Below the pieces are notes generated by a model, which was not told the origin of the DNA, did no database searches, and saw only the letters and a program-made list of their open reading frames with translations. Of a stretch of 64,000 nt of DNA, positions 49,769 through 58,735 are shown in pieces. The translations under genes and the position numbers were made by a program. The DNA comes from Waddliaceae bacterium. GTDB lineage: Bacteria; Chlamydiota; Chlamydiia; Chlamydiales; SLFE01. The first letter of the stretch is position 1, and each line of letters opens with the position of its first letter. The stretch is taken from assembly GCA_963783885.1 (NCBI GenBank), contig CAWAPJ010000043.1:17030-81029 (forward strand), written 5' to 3'.

Positions 49769-50504
49769 CGTTTATTTTTCCTATTATGATTATTTTTCCT
49801 GTATCAACCTCTCTTGCAACCATCATTTCGCCGATTTTCATCAGTTCCAATATAGCGAGAAAAGTCACAATGACCTCTTCTCTGCATGGCTCGCCAGAAA
49901 AAAGAACGTGAAATTGAATGCGCTTTTCCGGTTTTAACTTGAGGCGGATGCTTTCTATTTTATCCGAAACAAGGAAGGTTTCTTCTTTGATCACCTGTTT
50001 CTTTTTTTGATCGGCTTTTTCGAGCAAATCGAGAAAGAGCGCTTCGAGTTCATCGATTTTTATTCTTTCAATGCCGAGAGGTTTGGGGAAGTCGTCCGGG
50101 CAGGGGAGCATGCCCCTCAGATAGTGGGCATCTTGCCCCTGTTCTTTGTGGCCGAGCTGTTTGGCGATGTCTTTAAAGCGGCAATACTCGATAAGCTGCG
50201 GGATGATATCAAAGGGACATTTTTCCAGATCGGCATCGATTTCATCATCGCCCAGGCTGTGGGGAAGCAGCATTTTGCTTTTGAGCCATATCATGGCTCC
50301 GGTATGGTCGATAAACTCGGCGCCGGCATTGAGGTCGAAAAGCTGCCGGTCGATGAGATACTGGAGATATTGGTCTGTAATCTGCTGCATTGAGATATCG
50401 GAGATGTCGATCTCGCTCTTTTGCACTAAAAAATGAAGGAAGGCGAGAGGCCCTTCAAAGTTATCCAGTACGAGGGTATTTTGTTCGAAATTCTTGATTT
50501 TCAT
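49752..50504 (-). CDS. scpA: Segregation/condensation protein ScpA
   Basis: FEGPLAFL, ITDQYL, KSKMLLP, VTFLAILEL; likely start ATG 50504. Confidence 0.92.
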   Translation of the reverse strand: MKIKNFEQNTLVLDNFEGPLAFLHFLVQKSEIDISDISMQQITDQYLQYLIDRQLFDLNAGAEFIDHTGAMIWLKSKMLLPHSLGDDEIDADLEKCPFDIIPQLIEYCRFKDIAKQLGHKEQGQDAHYLRGMLPCPDDFPKPLGIERIKIDELEALFLDLLEKADQKKKQVIKEETFLVSDKIESIRLKLKPEKRIQFHVLFSGEPCREEVIVTFLAILELMKIGEMMVAREVDTGKIIIIGKINDGSGN

Positions 50505-50618
50505 AGTAATCAGTATAATAACATAAAACGGATTTGATAAAAATATCACTTTTTTAGAAAAACTGTTATACTAAGTTTAAGAGAGTAAGTGACTATAATT
50601 CAGTATTTTGGGGTGAAA

Positions 50619-52565
50619 ATGCTTCGATTTAAAGCTTTATTTCTACAATTCACGATAATTTTGTGGATTCTTACGATTTCTCCGGTTTATCCCCAGCAGG
50701 CTGAATATCTTCAAAAAAACGATATCAACCATATCATGAATGAAATTTTCGAACAGCATTTCGATAAAAACCATATGACCGAAAAAATCTTAAAAGATTC
50801 TCTGCAGCTTTATTTGCAGCAATTCGACCCGCGTCATATTTATTTTTTGCAATCGGAAGTACGGCCTTTTTTGAATCCTTCGGACGAAGAGGTCCTGCAA
50901 TATCTTGCCGATTATAAAAATCAGGACTATTCCCCCTTCAGAAAAATCGATGCTTTAGTCGACAAAGCGATTAAAAGAGAGCGGCGCATCCGCAAGGATT
51001 TGATGTCCCGTCCGAGCTCTCTTTTTGAGGATCAATTGGGGCCGGCCTATTATTCCTCTTTTCCCAGAAAGGATTATGCAAAGGATCAGCAAGATTTGAA
51101 AAAGCTTGTGCAAGAAGATATCGTGGATTTCATCGAGCTTGAGAGGCAGCGCTATGGCGACAAAGCTGTCAATACGCATAAGCAGCATATTTTAGACCGC
51201 TATGATAACATTAGGAATGATTGGGAAAGAGGCTATCTTTATGTCGACATTGACGGAAAACCCTTGCTGCCAAAGCAGAGGGAGCACCAATTCACTTTGC
51301 ATGTTTTAAAAGCTCTTTCCAAAAGCTTAGATTCCCATACAAGCGTAATCAGCAATTCGGAAGCCTTCGATATGCGTTCTCGTCTTCTGAAAGGGCATCC
51401 CGGCATAGGAATTGATTTCGAGCAAAATCTCGATGGTATAGTTGTCAAAAAAATCCAGCAGAATACTCCCGCTGCAAGCAGCGGGAAGATCCATAAAGGT
51501 GATTTCCTTTATGCCGTCAATGGCACTCCGATTGGAAAATATTCTTTTCCAACTGTGATGAAAATGCTAGAAGGCGACCAAGGACAACCTGTTGCCCTGA
51601 CATTCAAACGTCCCCAGGCAGGAGCCATTTACAAGGTTAATCTCACGCGGAAAATGATCATGTCCGATGAAAATCGCGTCGAGGTGAAATCTGTTCCCTT
51701 TGAGGATGGGATTATCGGAGAAATTACCCTTCACTCATTTTATAAAAACGGGCATGGAATCAGCAGTGAGCGCGATGTGAAGAAAGCCATAGCCGATTTG
51801 AAAAAGAAAGGGCATTTGAAAGGCCTAATATTGGATTTGCGGGATAATTCAGGCGGCTACCTTTCCGAAGCCGTAAAAGTGGCCGGATTGTTTATCACTA
51901 ATGGAGTGATTGTCATATCCAAATATCACGATGGCGAGAAACATTATTATCGCGATGTCGACGGCAAAACCTACTTTGACGGCCCCCTTGTTGTCCTCAT
52001 TTCCCGGTTTACCGCATCTGCTGCCGAGATAGTCGCCCAAGCGCTTCAGGACTACGGCGTTGCCGTGATCGTCGGAGACGACCACTCCTTTGGCAAAGGG
52101 TCGATACAAAGCCAGACAGTGACAGAAGGCGGCGACTCGTCGTATTTCAAAGTGACGGTTGGCAAATATTATACCGTTTCCGGAAAAACCCCCCAACTCA
52201 AGGGCGTAAAAGCCGATATTGTGGTGCCCAGCGAATTTTCTTACGAAAATATCGGTGAAAAATATTTGAAAACCCATTTGAATTCCGACCGCATTGAGCC
52301 GGCTTTTATAGACAAACTCAGCGATGTGGATTCCGAGGCCAAGCCCTGGTTTTTCCGTTATTATCTCCCGACGCTTCAGCCGAAAAAAACTTCATGGCAA
52401 AAAATGCTCCCCGAACTTCGCGCCGATAGTCAAAAGAGGTTGAATTTTGTCCAGGGCCAAGCCTATTCTCCCCAGCAGCAGATGAGCGAAGCGGTGAGCA
52501 TCGTGAAAGACATGATCAGGCTTCACTCCAAGCTCAATCGGGACAATGTGGGAGCTTACGAATAA
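50619..52565 (+). CDS. tsp: Tail-specific protease (S41, PDZ)
   Basis: Signal peptide, LDSHTS, GIGI, LDLRDNSGG, ASAAEIVAQALQDYG, FGKGSIQ. Start uncertain (50589 or 50619). Confidence 0.92.
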   Translation: MLRFKALFLQFTIILWILTISPVYPQQAEYLQKNDINHIMNEIFEQHFDKNHMTEKILKDSLQLYLQQFDPRHIYFLQSEVRPFLNPSDEEVLQYLADYKNQDYSPFRKIDALVDKAIKRERRIRKDLMSRPSSLFEDQLGPAYYSSFPRKDYAKDQQDLKKLVQEDIVDFIELERQRYGDKAVNTHKQHILDRYDNIRNDWERGYLYVDIDGKPLLPKQREHQFTLHVLKALSKSLDSHTSVISNSEAFDMRSRLLKGHPGIGIDFEQNLDGIVVKKIQQNTPAASSGKIHKGDFLYAVNGTPIGKYSFPTVMKMLEGDQGQPVALTFKRPQAGAIYKVNLTRKMIMSDENRVEVKSVPFEDGIIGEITLHSFYKNGHGISSERDVKKAIADLKKKGHLKGLILDLRDNSGGYLSEAVKVAGLFITNGVIVISKYHDGEKHYYRDVDGKTYFDGPLVVLISRFTASAAEIVAQALQDYGVAVIVGDDHSFGKGSIQSQTVTEGGDSSYFKVTVGKYYTVSGKTPQLKGVKADIVVPSEFSYENIGEKYLKTHLNSDRIEPAFIDKLSDVDSEAKPWFFRYYLPTLQPKKTSWQKMLPELRADSQKRLNFVQGQAYSPQQQMSEAVSIVKDMIRLHSKLNRDNVGAYE

Positions 52566-52597
52566 TGAGCCATTAACGGCTCAATAATTGTTTTTCC

Positions 52598-52626
52598 TTG
52601 CGCAATAACTTTGGATATTTTATTGT
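52598..52626 (+). promoter_or_regulatory. Putative promoter of tRNA-Phe
   Basis: TTGCGC, 17-nt spacer, TATTGT, ending 12 nt before the tRNA. Confidence 0.5.
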
Positions 52627-52637
52627 GTTTAATCACT

Positions 52638-52712
<75 letters not shown>

Positions 52713-52724
52713 TTTTCCTTGAAA

Positions 52725-53648
52725 ATGTTGAAAGAAGACGCGATTATACAATTATTGCAGAATCGTTTTACACCTCCTGCAAATTATCTGGGAATCGGCG
52801 ATGACTGCGCGGTATTCCCCGATGAGTCAGAGGGTTTTTGGCTGGTGACAACCGATTCCATGGTTGAAGGGACTCATTTTCTTAGGGATAAGATCTCTAT
52901 GGAGGATTTGGGATACAAGCTGGCAATGGTTAACTTCAGCGATATCGCCGCAATGGGAGGAAGTCCCCATTCTGTTTATCTATCCTGCGCCTTGCCTTCC
53001 GATTTTCTGGAAGTAAAAAATATCTTTGAGGGTGTGAAAGAGGCCTTGGATGAAGTTTCCGTCCCCCTGCTTGGAGGGGATGTCGTTAAGTCCCGGAAAA
53101 ATCTTTTCCTGTCCATGACTGTGCTTGGGAAAGCTCAACAAATCAAGAAGCGATCGGGAGGAAAGCCGGGAGATATTTTGTGCGTTACAGGTTTTTTGGG
53201 CGACTCCGCAGCAGGTCTTAGGCAGCTATTGCACTCTGGCAAGGGGAGTCTCATTGAAAAACATATCCGCCCTCGGGCCCATTTGAAAGAAGGAAAGCGT
53301 TTGGCCGGCTGCGGAGGAGTGGGAGCAATGATGGATTTATCCGACGGTCTTCATGTCGATGTGCAGAGACTGGCAAAAGCTTCGGGGTGCGGGGCAAAAA
53401 TCTTTTTGGACAAACTGCCGATATCCCATGAACTGAGAAGTTATGCTGAAGACGAGGCGGAAGATCTTGCCGTCTCGGGCGGGGAAGATTATTGTCTTCT
53501 TGCTGCAGCCGATGCAGGCCTTATCGAACAACTGCCAGATCTGAATTTGCATGCCGTCGGAGAATTGACCGCAGAGGCCGGAACCCTCGTTTACCTTCGG
53601 AATGGGGAGCCGGCGGAGGTAGTTCCACATCCATTTGAGCATTTCTAG
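52725..53648 (+). CDS. thiL: Thiamine-monophosphate kinase
   Basis: GIGDDCA, TTDSMVEGTHF, NFSDIAAMGG, GGD, MDLSDGL, GGEDY; start 52725 avoids overlap with the tRNA. Confidence 0.95.
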   Translation: MLKEDAIIQLLQNRFTPPANYLGIGDDCAVFPDESEGFWLVTTDSMVEGTHFLRDKISMEDLGYKLAMVNFSDIAAMGGSPHSVYLSCALPSDFLEVKNIFEGVKEALDEVSVPLLGGDVVKSRKNLFLSMTVLGKAQQIKKRSGGKPGDILCVTGFLGDSAAGLRQLLHSGKGSLIEKHIRPRAHLKEGKRLAGCGGVGAMMDLSDGLHVDVQRLAKASGCGAKIFLDKLPISHELRSYAEDEAEDLAVSGGEDYCLLAAADAGLIEQLPDLNLHAVGELTAEAGTLVYLRNGEPAEVVPHPFEHF

Positions 53649-53689
53649 AAAAATCCGGATGAGTTATAATAAAGTTAGGTGATAATATG

Positions 53690-53845
53690 TCTGCCGCTTG
53701 GGCGACTTATTTTAGCTAGTTTAGGTTCAAGGTATTATAAATAATAGGGACCATGACGCTGAAAGAGAGAGTTCTTTTTTGGGAAATGGACCCACTTGTC
53801 CAAACCAGTTTGACAAAAGCTAGCCCGTGACCCAAGCGGCGGCTT
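53690..53845 (+). ncRNA. 6S RNA candidate
   Basis: Closing stem GCCGCTTGGG/CCCAAGCGGC, inner GCTAG/CTAGC, AT-rich central bubble, GGGACCAT/ATGGACCC stem, terminal hairpin; upstream TATAAT (53665-53670) and 3' T-run. Confidence 0.6.
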
Positions 53846-53849
53846 TTTT

Positions 53850-54533
53850 TTAGCCGAGAATGGTTGTCGACTTTCTGTGGGGCGCAGCAGTCAGATGAGT
53901 CAGGGTTGATGCGGGAACTTCTTTGACAACGAAATTTTGATTTAAAGAGTGAATGATATTGTCAAAAAGCTTTTCTTTTCTGGGAAGGGCATCTTTTAAC
54001 CTGCATAAAAACTCATCGTGAGAGCGCCCTTCTCTGTATTTGGGCGACTTGGGCGGAAATTTCAGGGTTTTCATTTTTTGCGAGTCAAAGTCCCACAGAA
54101 GAGTCGAGTGATGAAGCCAGCGATTCTTTGTGATGTATTGCGCATTGCCGCCGAATTTTTTCCCGAAGAGAGTGTAATCATTTTCCTCGATTGAAAATCC
54201 GGAAAGGGTTGAATGAAGGCTGCCGTTCCATTCGAGAATCTGTTTAGGAAAGGGCTTGATGCTTAGGGCCGAGTGGTTGCAAATGACGGTGGCAAAACAG
54301 GTATTGTTATCGACGAGAACGGTGCCCCCTCCACTGAAGCGGCGGATGACAGGGAGCGAGGTGGGGTGGATCAGATGTTCGGGTTTTCCCGAGATACCCA
54401 TGACAATGGCATCGGTGGAGCCGTCATTGATCAGGCACCAGTTTCGATCGTCGGCGCGGATCAGCGCCTCTTCGATTTGCAGCTGCTTCAGGATAGGGAC
54501 ACTCTGTAGTCTGACCAGATGGATGACAGTCAC
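53850..54533 (-). CDS. Lipoate-protein ligase A family protein
   Basis: QLQIEEALIR, IVMGISG, VIRRFSGGGTV, ENDY..KKFGGNAQ, LHHSTLLWDFD; likely GTG start 54533. Confidence 0.88.
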   Translation of the reverse strand: MTVIHLVRLQSVPILKQLQIEEALIRADDRNWCLINDGSTDAIVMGISGKPEHLIHPTSLPVIRRFSGGGTVLVDNNTCFATVICNHSALSIKPFPKQILEWNGSLHSTLSGFSIEENDYTLFGKKFGGNAQYITKNRWLHHSTLLWDFDSQKMKTLKFPPKSPKYREGRSHDEFLCRLKDALPRKEKLFDNIIHSLNQNFVVKEVPASTLTHLTAAPHRKSTTILG

Positions 54534-56364
54534 GTTTTTTCTCCAGCGCTTTGAACCCGACAAGCAAAACGGATATATCTGCGGGAGAGATGCCGGGAAT
54601 GCGCGAAGCCTGCCCCAAGTTTGCCGGTTTCAGTTGAGACAGTTTTTGCCTGGCTTCGGTTCTCAGGCCCGCAACTGAAGTATAATCAAAATCTTTGGGA
54701 ATGCGAACATTTTCTGTGTGGGAGAGTTTTTTCACTTCGATTTTTTGCCGTTCGATATACCCTTCGTATTTGAGCATCTCCAGTTGAAAGTTGATTTCAG
54801 GTCCGTAGTCGGTAAAATCCTCGGGAAACTGCTTCAGGAGAGTGTCGTATGTGTTTTCCGGACGCATGAGCAGCTGAGCGAGCGAGTACCCTTTCCCGTT
54901 GACTTGTTTGAAAATCTTTTTGAAACGCCCGATTTCCTGTTCAATGATAGCTTTTTTCTTCTGAAGTTTTTCGTAGCGGGCGGAATCGATCAATCCCAGA
55001 CGGTGCCCTTTTTCTCTTAAACGGAGGTCGGCGTTGTCCTGCCGGAGGAGAAGGCGGTACTCTGCTCTGCTTGTGAACATGCGGTAGGGTTCGTCGATTC
55101 CTTTTGTGATAAGGTCGTCGATCATCACTCCGATATAAGCCTCGGAGCGGCCCAGGACAAACGGATCCTTTCCTAAAACGAGGCAGGCAGCATTAATACC
55201 GGCAATCAGCCCTTGCGCAGCCGCTTCTTCATAGCCGGTTGTTCCGTTGATCTGGCCGGCCAAAAAAAGACCTTTTATCGAGTGGGTTTGCAGGGTGCTG
55301 GAGATCTGGCCGCTCAGAACGTAGTCGTACTCGATAGCGTAGGCGGCCCGGGTAATTTCGGCATTGCGAAGAGCTGGAATGCTTCGGATGAACTCAAGTT
55401 GCACATCAAAGGGCAGCGACGAGGAGACGCCGTTCACATAGATTTCCTCGGTCTGAAGCCCTTCGGGTTCTAAAAAAATCTGATGCCTCTCTTTATCGGC
55501 AAAGCGGGAAACCTTATCTTCGATCGAGGGACAGTATCTGGGGCCGATCGATCGGATTTTTCCCGAAAAGAGCGGTGATCGGTGAATATTTTCTTGAATA
55601 ATTTTTTTCGTTTGGGCTGTCGTGTAGGTGATGTGGCAGGGGACTTGCGGCAGGCGGGGCAGGCCTTCTGTGTCATAGGAAAAGCGGACCCCGTCCATCC
55701 CGGGCTGCTCTTCGGTTTCACTGAAATCAATGGAGCGGCGGTGGACTCTTGGAGGAGTTCCCGTTTTCAGCCTCCCTAATTTCAGTCCGAGCCTCTCCAG
55801 GCTAGCGGACAGGCCTATGGAAGGGGCGTCGCCTGCGCGTCCGCCCTCAAGGTTTTGCTCGCCAATATGGATCAGACCCCGCATGAAGGTGCCGGAGCTG
55901 ATGATGACCGTTTTGGCCCGGTAGGCAATTCCTTCTTTGGTAGTGACGCCTTTTATTTTGCCGTCTTCTACTATGAGATCCTGGACGGCGCCTTGTTTTA
56001 GGTAAAGATGGGGCTGTTTTTCCAGCCGGTGCCTCATTGCGAACTGGTAGGCGACCCTGTCGCTTTGGCAGCGTGGAGCCCAGACAGCGGGCCCTTTTGT
56101 GTCGTTGAGCATGCGGAACTGAATGCCGGTCAGATCGGCGACCATCCCCATTTCGCCGCCGAGAGCGTCGATTTCCCGCACCATGTGCCCTTTGGCCGTT
56201 CCCCCGATGGCGGGATTGCAGCTCATTTTGGCTATGGTGTCTAGGGACATGGACAGAAGCAGGGTTTTGCAGCCCATCCGGGCAGGAGCGAGCGCAGCTT
56301 CACAACCTGCGTGCCCGCCGCCTATGACGAGGACGTCAAACTCTTCCGGAAATTCCCAATGCAT
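54424..56364 (-). CDS. mnmG: tRNA uridine-5-carboxymethylaminomethyl modification enzyme
   Basis: GGGHAGCEAA, MSCNPAIGG, LKTGTPPR, GPRYCPSIEDK, GQINGTTGYEEAAAQG. Confidence 0.97.
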   Translation of the reverse strand: MHWEFPEEFDVLVIGGGHAGCEAALAPARMGCKTLLLSMSLDTIAKMSCNPAIGGTAKGHMVREIDALGGEMGMVADLTGIQFRMLNDTKGPAVWAPRCQSDRVAYQFAMRHRLEKQPHLYLKQGAVQDLIVEDGKIKGVTTKEGIAYRAKTVIISSGTFMRGLIHIGEQNLEGGRAGDAPSIGLSASLERLGLKLGRLKTGTPPRVHRRSIDFSETEEQPGMDGVRFSYDTEGLPRLPQVPCHITYTTAQTKKIIQENIHRSPLFSGKIRSIGPRYCPSIEDKVSRFADKERHQIFLEPEGLQTEEIYVNGVSSSLPFDVQLEFIRSIPALRNAEITRAAYAIEYDYVLSGQISSTLQTHSIKGLFLAGQINGTTGYEEAAAQGLIAGINAACLVLGKDPFVLGRSEAYIGVMIDDLITKGIDEPYRMFTSRAEYRLLLRQDNADLRLREKGHRLGLIDSARYEKLQKKKAIIEQEIGRFKKIFKQVNGKGYSLAQLLMRPENTYDTLLKQFPEDFTDYGPEINFQLEMLKYEGYIERQKIEVKKLSHTENVRIPKDFDYTSVAGLRTEARQKLSQLKPANLGQASRIPGISPADISVLLVGFKALEKKRDCHPSGQTTECPYPEAAANRRGADPRRRSKLVPDQ

Positions 56365-56382
56365 TGAATGTTAGGTAAATTT

Positions 56383-56475
56383 TTATTTTTTTGCCTTGTG
56401 GCGGTCACGGCGGCTGCGCTTTTTTCGCTTGTGCTTGGCAATCTTTTTGCGCCGTTTCTTTTTTACTGAGGACAT
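56383..56475 (-). CDS. 30-aa basic protein, AURKAIP1/COX24-domain (bS22/mS38-like)
   Basis: MSSVKKKRRKKIAKHKRKKRSRRDRHKAKK*; GGAG upstream; 18 nt before mnmG. Confidence 0.85.
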   Translation of the reverse strand: MSSVKKKRRKKIAKHKRKKRSRRDRHKAKK

Positions 56476-56588
56476 GCTTTCTCCGTTTCAATCATGAACT
56501 ATAGAAAGAATATTAAAGGATTGAGGATAAAAAGTAAATGAGAGATCCCTTATTTCCTAATATTGCCAGATAAGACCCTCTAATAGGC

Positions 56589-58733
56589 TTATTTTCTATA
56601 GGCAGCAAAGATTTCGTCGTAGGTTCCTTTGGAGACGACGGTTCCTTTTTCCATGACAAAAATAGTTTTGGCCTTCTGAAGCAAAAGAGGCTGGTGCGTT
56701 ACGAGGCAAAGGGTTGTTCCTCTCTCAAGCAAATCGTCGATAATCTTCAGTGCTGTATCATTGTCAATGGCGGTGGTGGTTTCGTCGAGGAATAAGATTT
56801 TAGGTTTTGTCAAAAAGGCCCGGGCTAAAAGGAGCCGCTGCCTCTGCCCATTGGAGAGAAGCGTTCCGCCGGTTGGAAGCGGAGTTGACAAACCCAGGGG
56901 CAGCTCTTTTAGCGATTCATCAAATGCAGAGAGCTTTATAGCTTCGTCGATATCCTGCATTCTGGCTTTCCGTCCGCAAAGAATGTTGTCTTTGATTGTC
57001 CCGCCGAACACTTTCGTCGTCTGCAAAACAGCCGAAACTTGCCGCTTAAATGAGAGAGGGTCGATGTCGTGAAGGGGAATGTGGTCATAATGAATCGTTC
57101 CGCTAAGCGGTTCTTCGAGTCCCAAGAGAACGCGGAGCAGCGTCGATTTTCCACAACCCGACGGGCCGATAATGGCGGTAAATTCGCCGGGAGTAATATT
57201 GAAATTGACGTCTTTTATCACCGGCAGTGTCTCTTTTTCGTAACGGAAGTAAAGGTCCGAAACATCAATTTTACCCTTAATCTCCGGTGAAAGCCCTTTG
57301 TAGTCCGGTTTCCTTTTTCCACGCCAAACTTTTCTAATCCGTACCCAACGAGCGATCAGGCTTTGGCTGTCCATAGCAGCCCCGATAAACGAAGAAAACT
57401 GACCTAAAAAAGAGCTCATAGCTGATCTAAAAGCCATAAAACTTCCCAGGCTAAAGGTGATCACTCCGAATTCATTTTGGTAAAGAAGGATAACGCCGCC
57501 AAGGACGATAAATGTGACGATCATGGAAAGCGACTGGGCGGTAATGCCCAAATAAACCGAAAGGTATCCTAAATCTAAAGCAAGCTTTTGACTTCGGGTA
57601 AACATCCGTGCCCAATAGGCGAACGCTTTTTTTTCCGACCGGAAAATCCTGATATCGGCAATTCCGGAAACCATCTGTATGAGCGAGGCGCCAATATCGG
57701 CACCGATCCGCAATATGGATATGTTAAAGTTAAAGAGTTTGGGGACAAAAGCAACAAACACAAAAAACGAGAAAAAAGCGACAATCAGCACCATTCCCGA
57801 CAATTGCCAGCTGTAGTAGATCATCGGAATCAGATAAAGAAGTCCCAAAATACCCGAGATCAGAGTCCGGATCAGGTTTTTATTGAGTTCTGCCTGAAAG
57901 GCTTCTATCAGCATAACCCTTTGCAATACTTCACCGGTCGGCATCGAGCGGAAAAAAGCGGGTGAAAGTTCAAACACACGGCTCCAAACGATCCCCTGAA
58001 GCCTTGTGGTGATAAAGGCCCCCAGCCTAAATTTGATCATCGATGATGCCGCTGTCAGGAGTGAAGAACAAAAAGACGCGACGAGAAGGGCGATAAAAAT
58101 CTGATAGTAGAGATTTGTATCGAGGTTGGGGATCACAACGTCAAAAAAGACTCTGTTAACATAGGGAAGAACGAGGCCGAGCCCTGCGCTTGCGGCAAAA
58201 AACAGAAAATAAAAAAGAATCTGCGTTTTGCTTCCCGTAAACAGAATAGTGAGCATCTTCTTCCACGGGTAATCTTCATCTCGTGAGAAGACTGCAAAAA
58301 AGACAAAAGCCCCGGGCGACAATGTTTTAGCAATCTCTTCTGTCACCACTGTTTTTCCCCGGCTTTCAGGGTCGATGAGATAATAGTGATTATGTTCCCG
58401 AATCAAAGCGACAGGCCTGTGGCCTTCTAGTTTAAAAGCCAACATATGATTCGATTCATCTTCCCACCATTTGCCGTCAAGCGTCACTGTACGAAACCGG
58501 GCATTTGATGCGTTAGTGATGTTCGTGAGGATCTCAATCAGGTTATCCCCTTTGAGGAGGATTTCATGGCTTGTTACAAAATCGATATTCGATTTTCCTC
58601 CGATGATCTGGCAGACGCGGAACAGGTTTTCCCTTTCAAGAGGGTCGACGGCTAGCGGCTCCTCATACTCCAAGGGGGTGGAGACATGGGTTAGGGCTTG
58701 AAGAAAAAGGTCTTGGTCGTTTCTTTTTTCCAT
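56589..58733 (-). CDS. NHLP/NHLM bacteriocin-system ABC transporter, permease/ATPase
   Basis: RFRTVTLDGKWW..MLAF..RPVALI (degenerate peptidase-like N-domain), TM domain, GPSGCGKS, LSNGQRQR, LDETT. Confidence 0.85.
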   Translation of the reverse strand: MEKRNDQDLFLQALTHVSTPLEYEEPLAVDPLERENLFRVCQIIGGKSNIDFVTSHEILLKGDNLIEILTNITNASNARFRTVTLDGKWWEDESNHMLAFKLEGHRPVALIREHNHYYLIDPESRGKTVVTEEIAKTLSPGAFVFFAVFSRDEDYPWKKMLTILFTGSKTQILFYFLFFAASAGLGLVLPYVNRVFFDVVIPNLDTNLYYQIFIALLVASFCSSLLTAASSMIKFRLGAFITTRLQGIVWSRVFELSPAFFRSMPTGEVLQRVMLIEAFQAELNKNLIRTLISGILGLLYLIPMIYYSWQLSGMVLIVAFFSFFVFVAFVPKLFNFNISILRIGADIGASLIQMVSGIADIRIFRSEKKAFAYWARMFTRSQKLALDLGYLSVYLGITAQSLSMIVTFIVLGGVILLYQNEFGVITFSLGSFMAFRSAMSSFLGQFSSFIGAAMDSQSLIARWVRIRKVWRGKRKPDYKGLSPEIKGKIDVSDLYFRYEKETLPVIKDVNFNITPGEFTAIIGPSGCGKSTLLRVLLGLEEPLSGTIHYDHIPLHDIDPLSFKRQVSAVLQTTKVFGGTIKDNILCGRKARMQDIDEAIKLSAFDESLKELPLGLSTPLPTGGTLLSNGQRQRLLLARAFLTKPKILFLDETTTAIDNDTALKIIDDLLERGTTLCLVTHQPLLLQKAKTIFVMEKGTVVSKGTYDEIFAAYRK

Positions 58734-58735
58734 TG

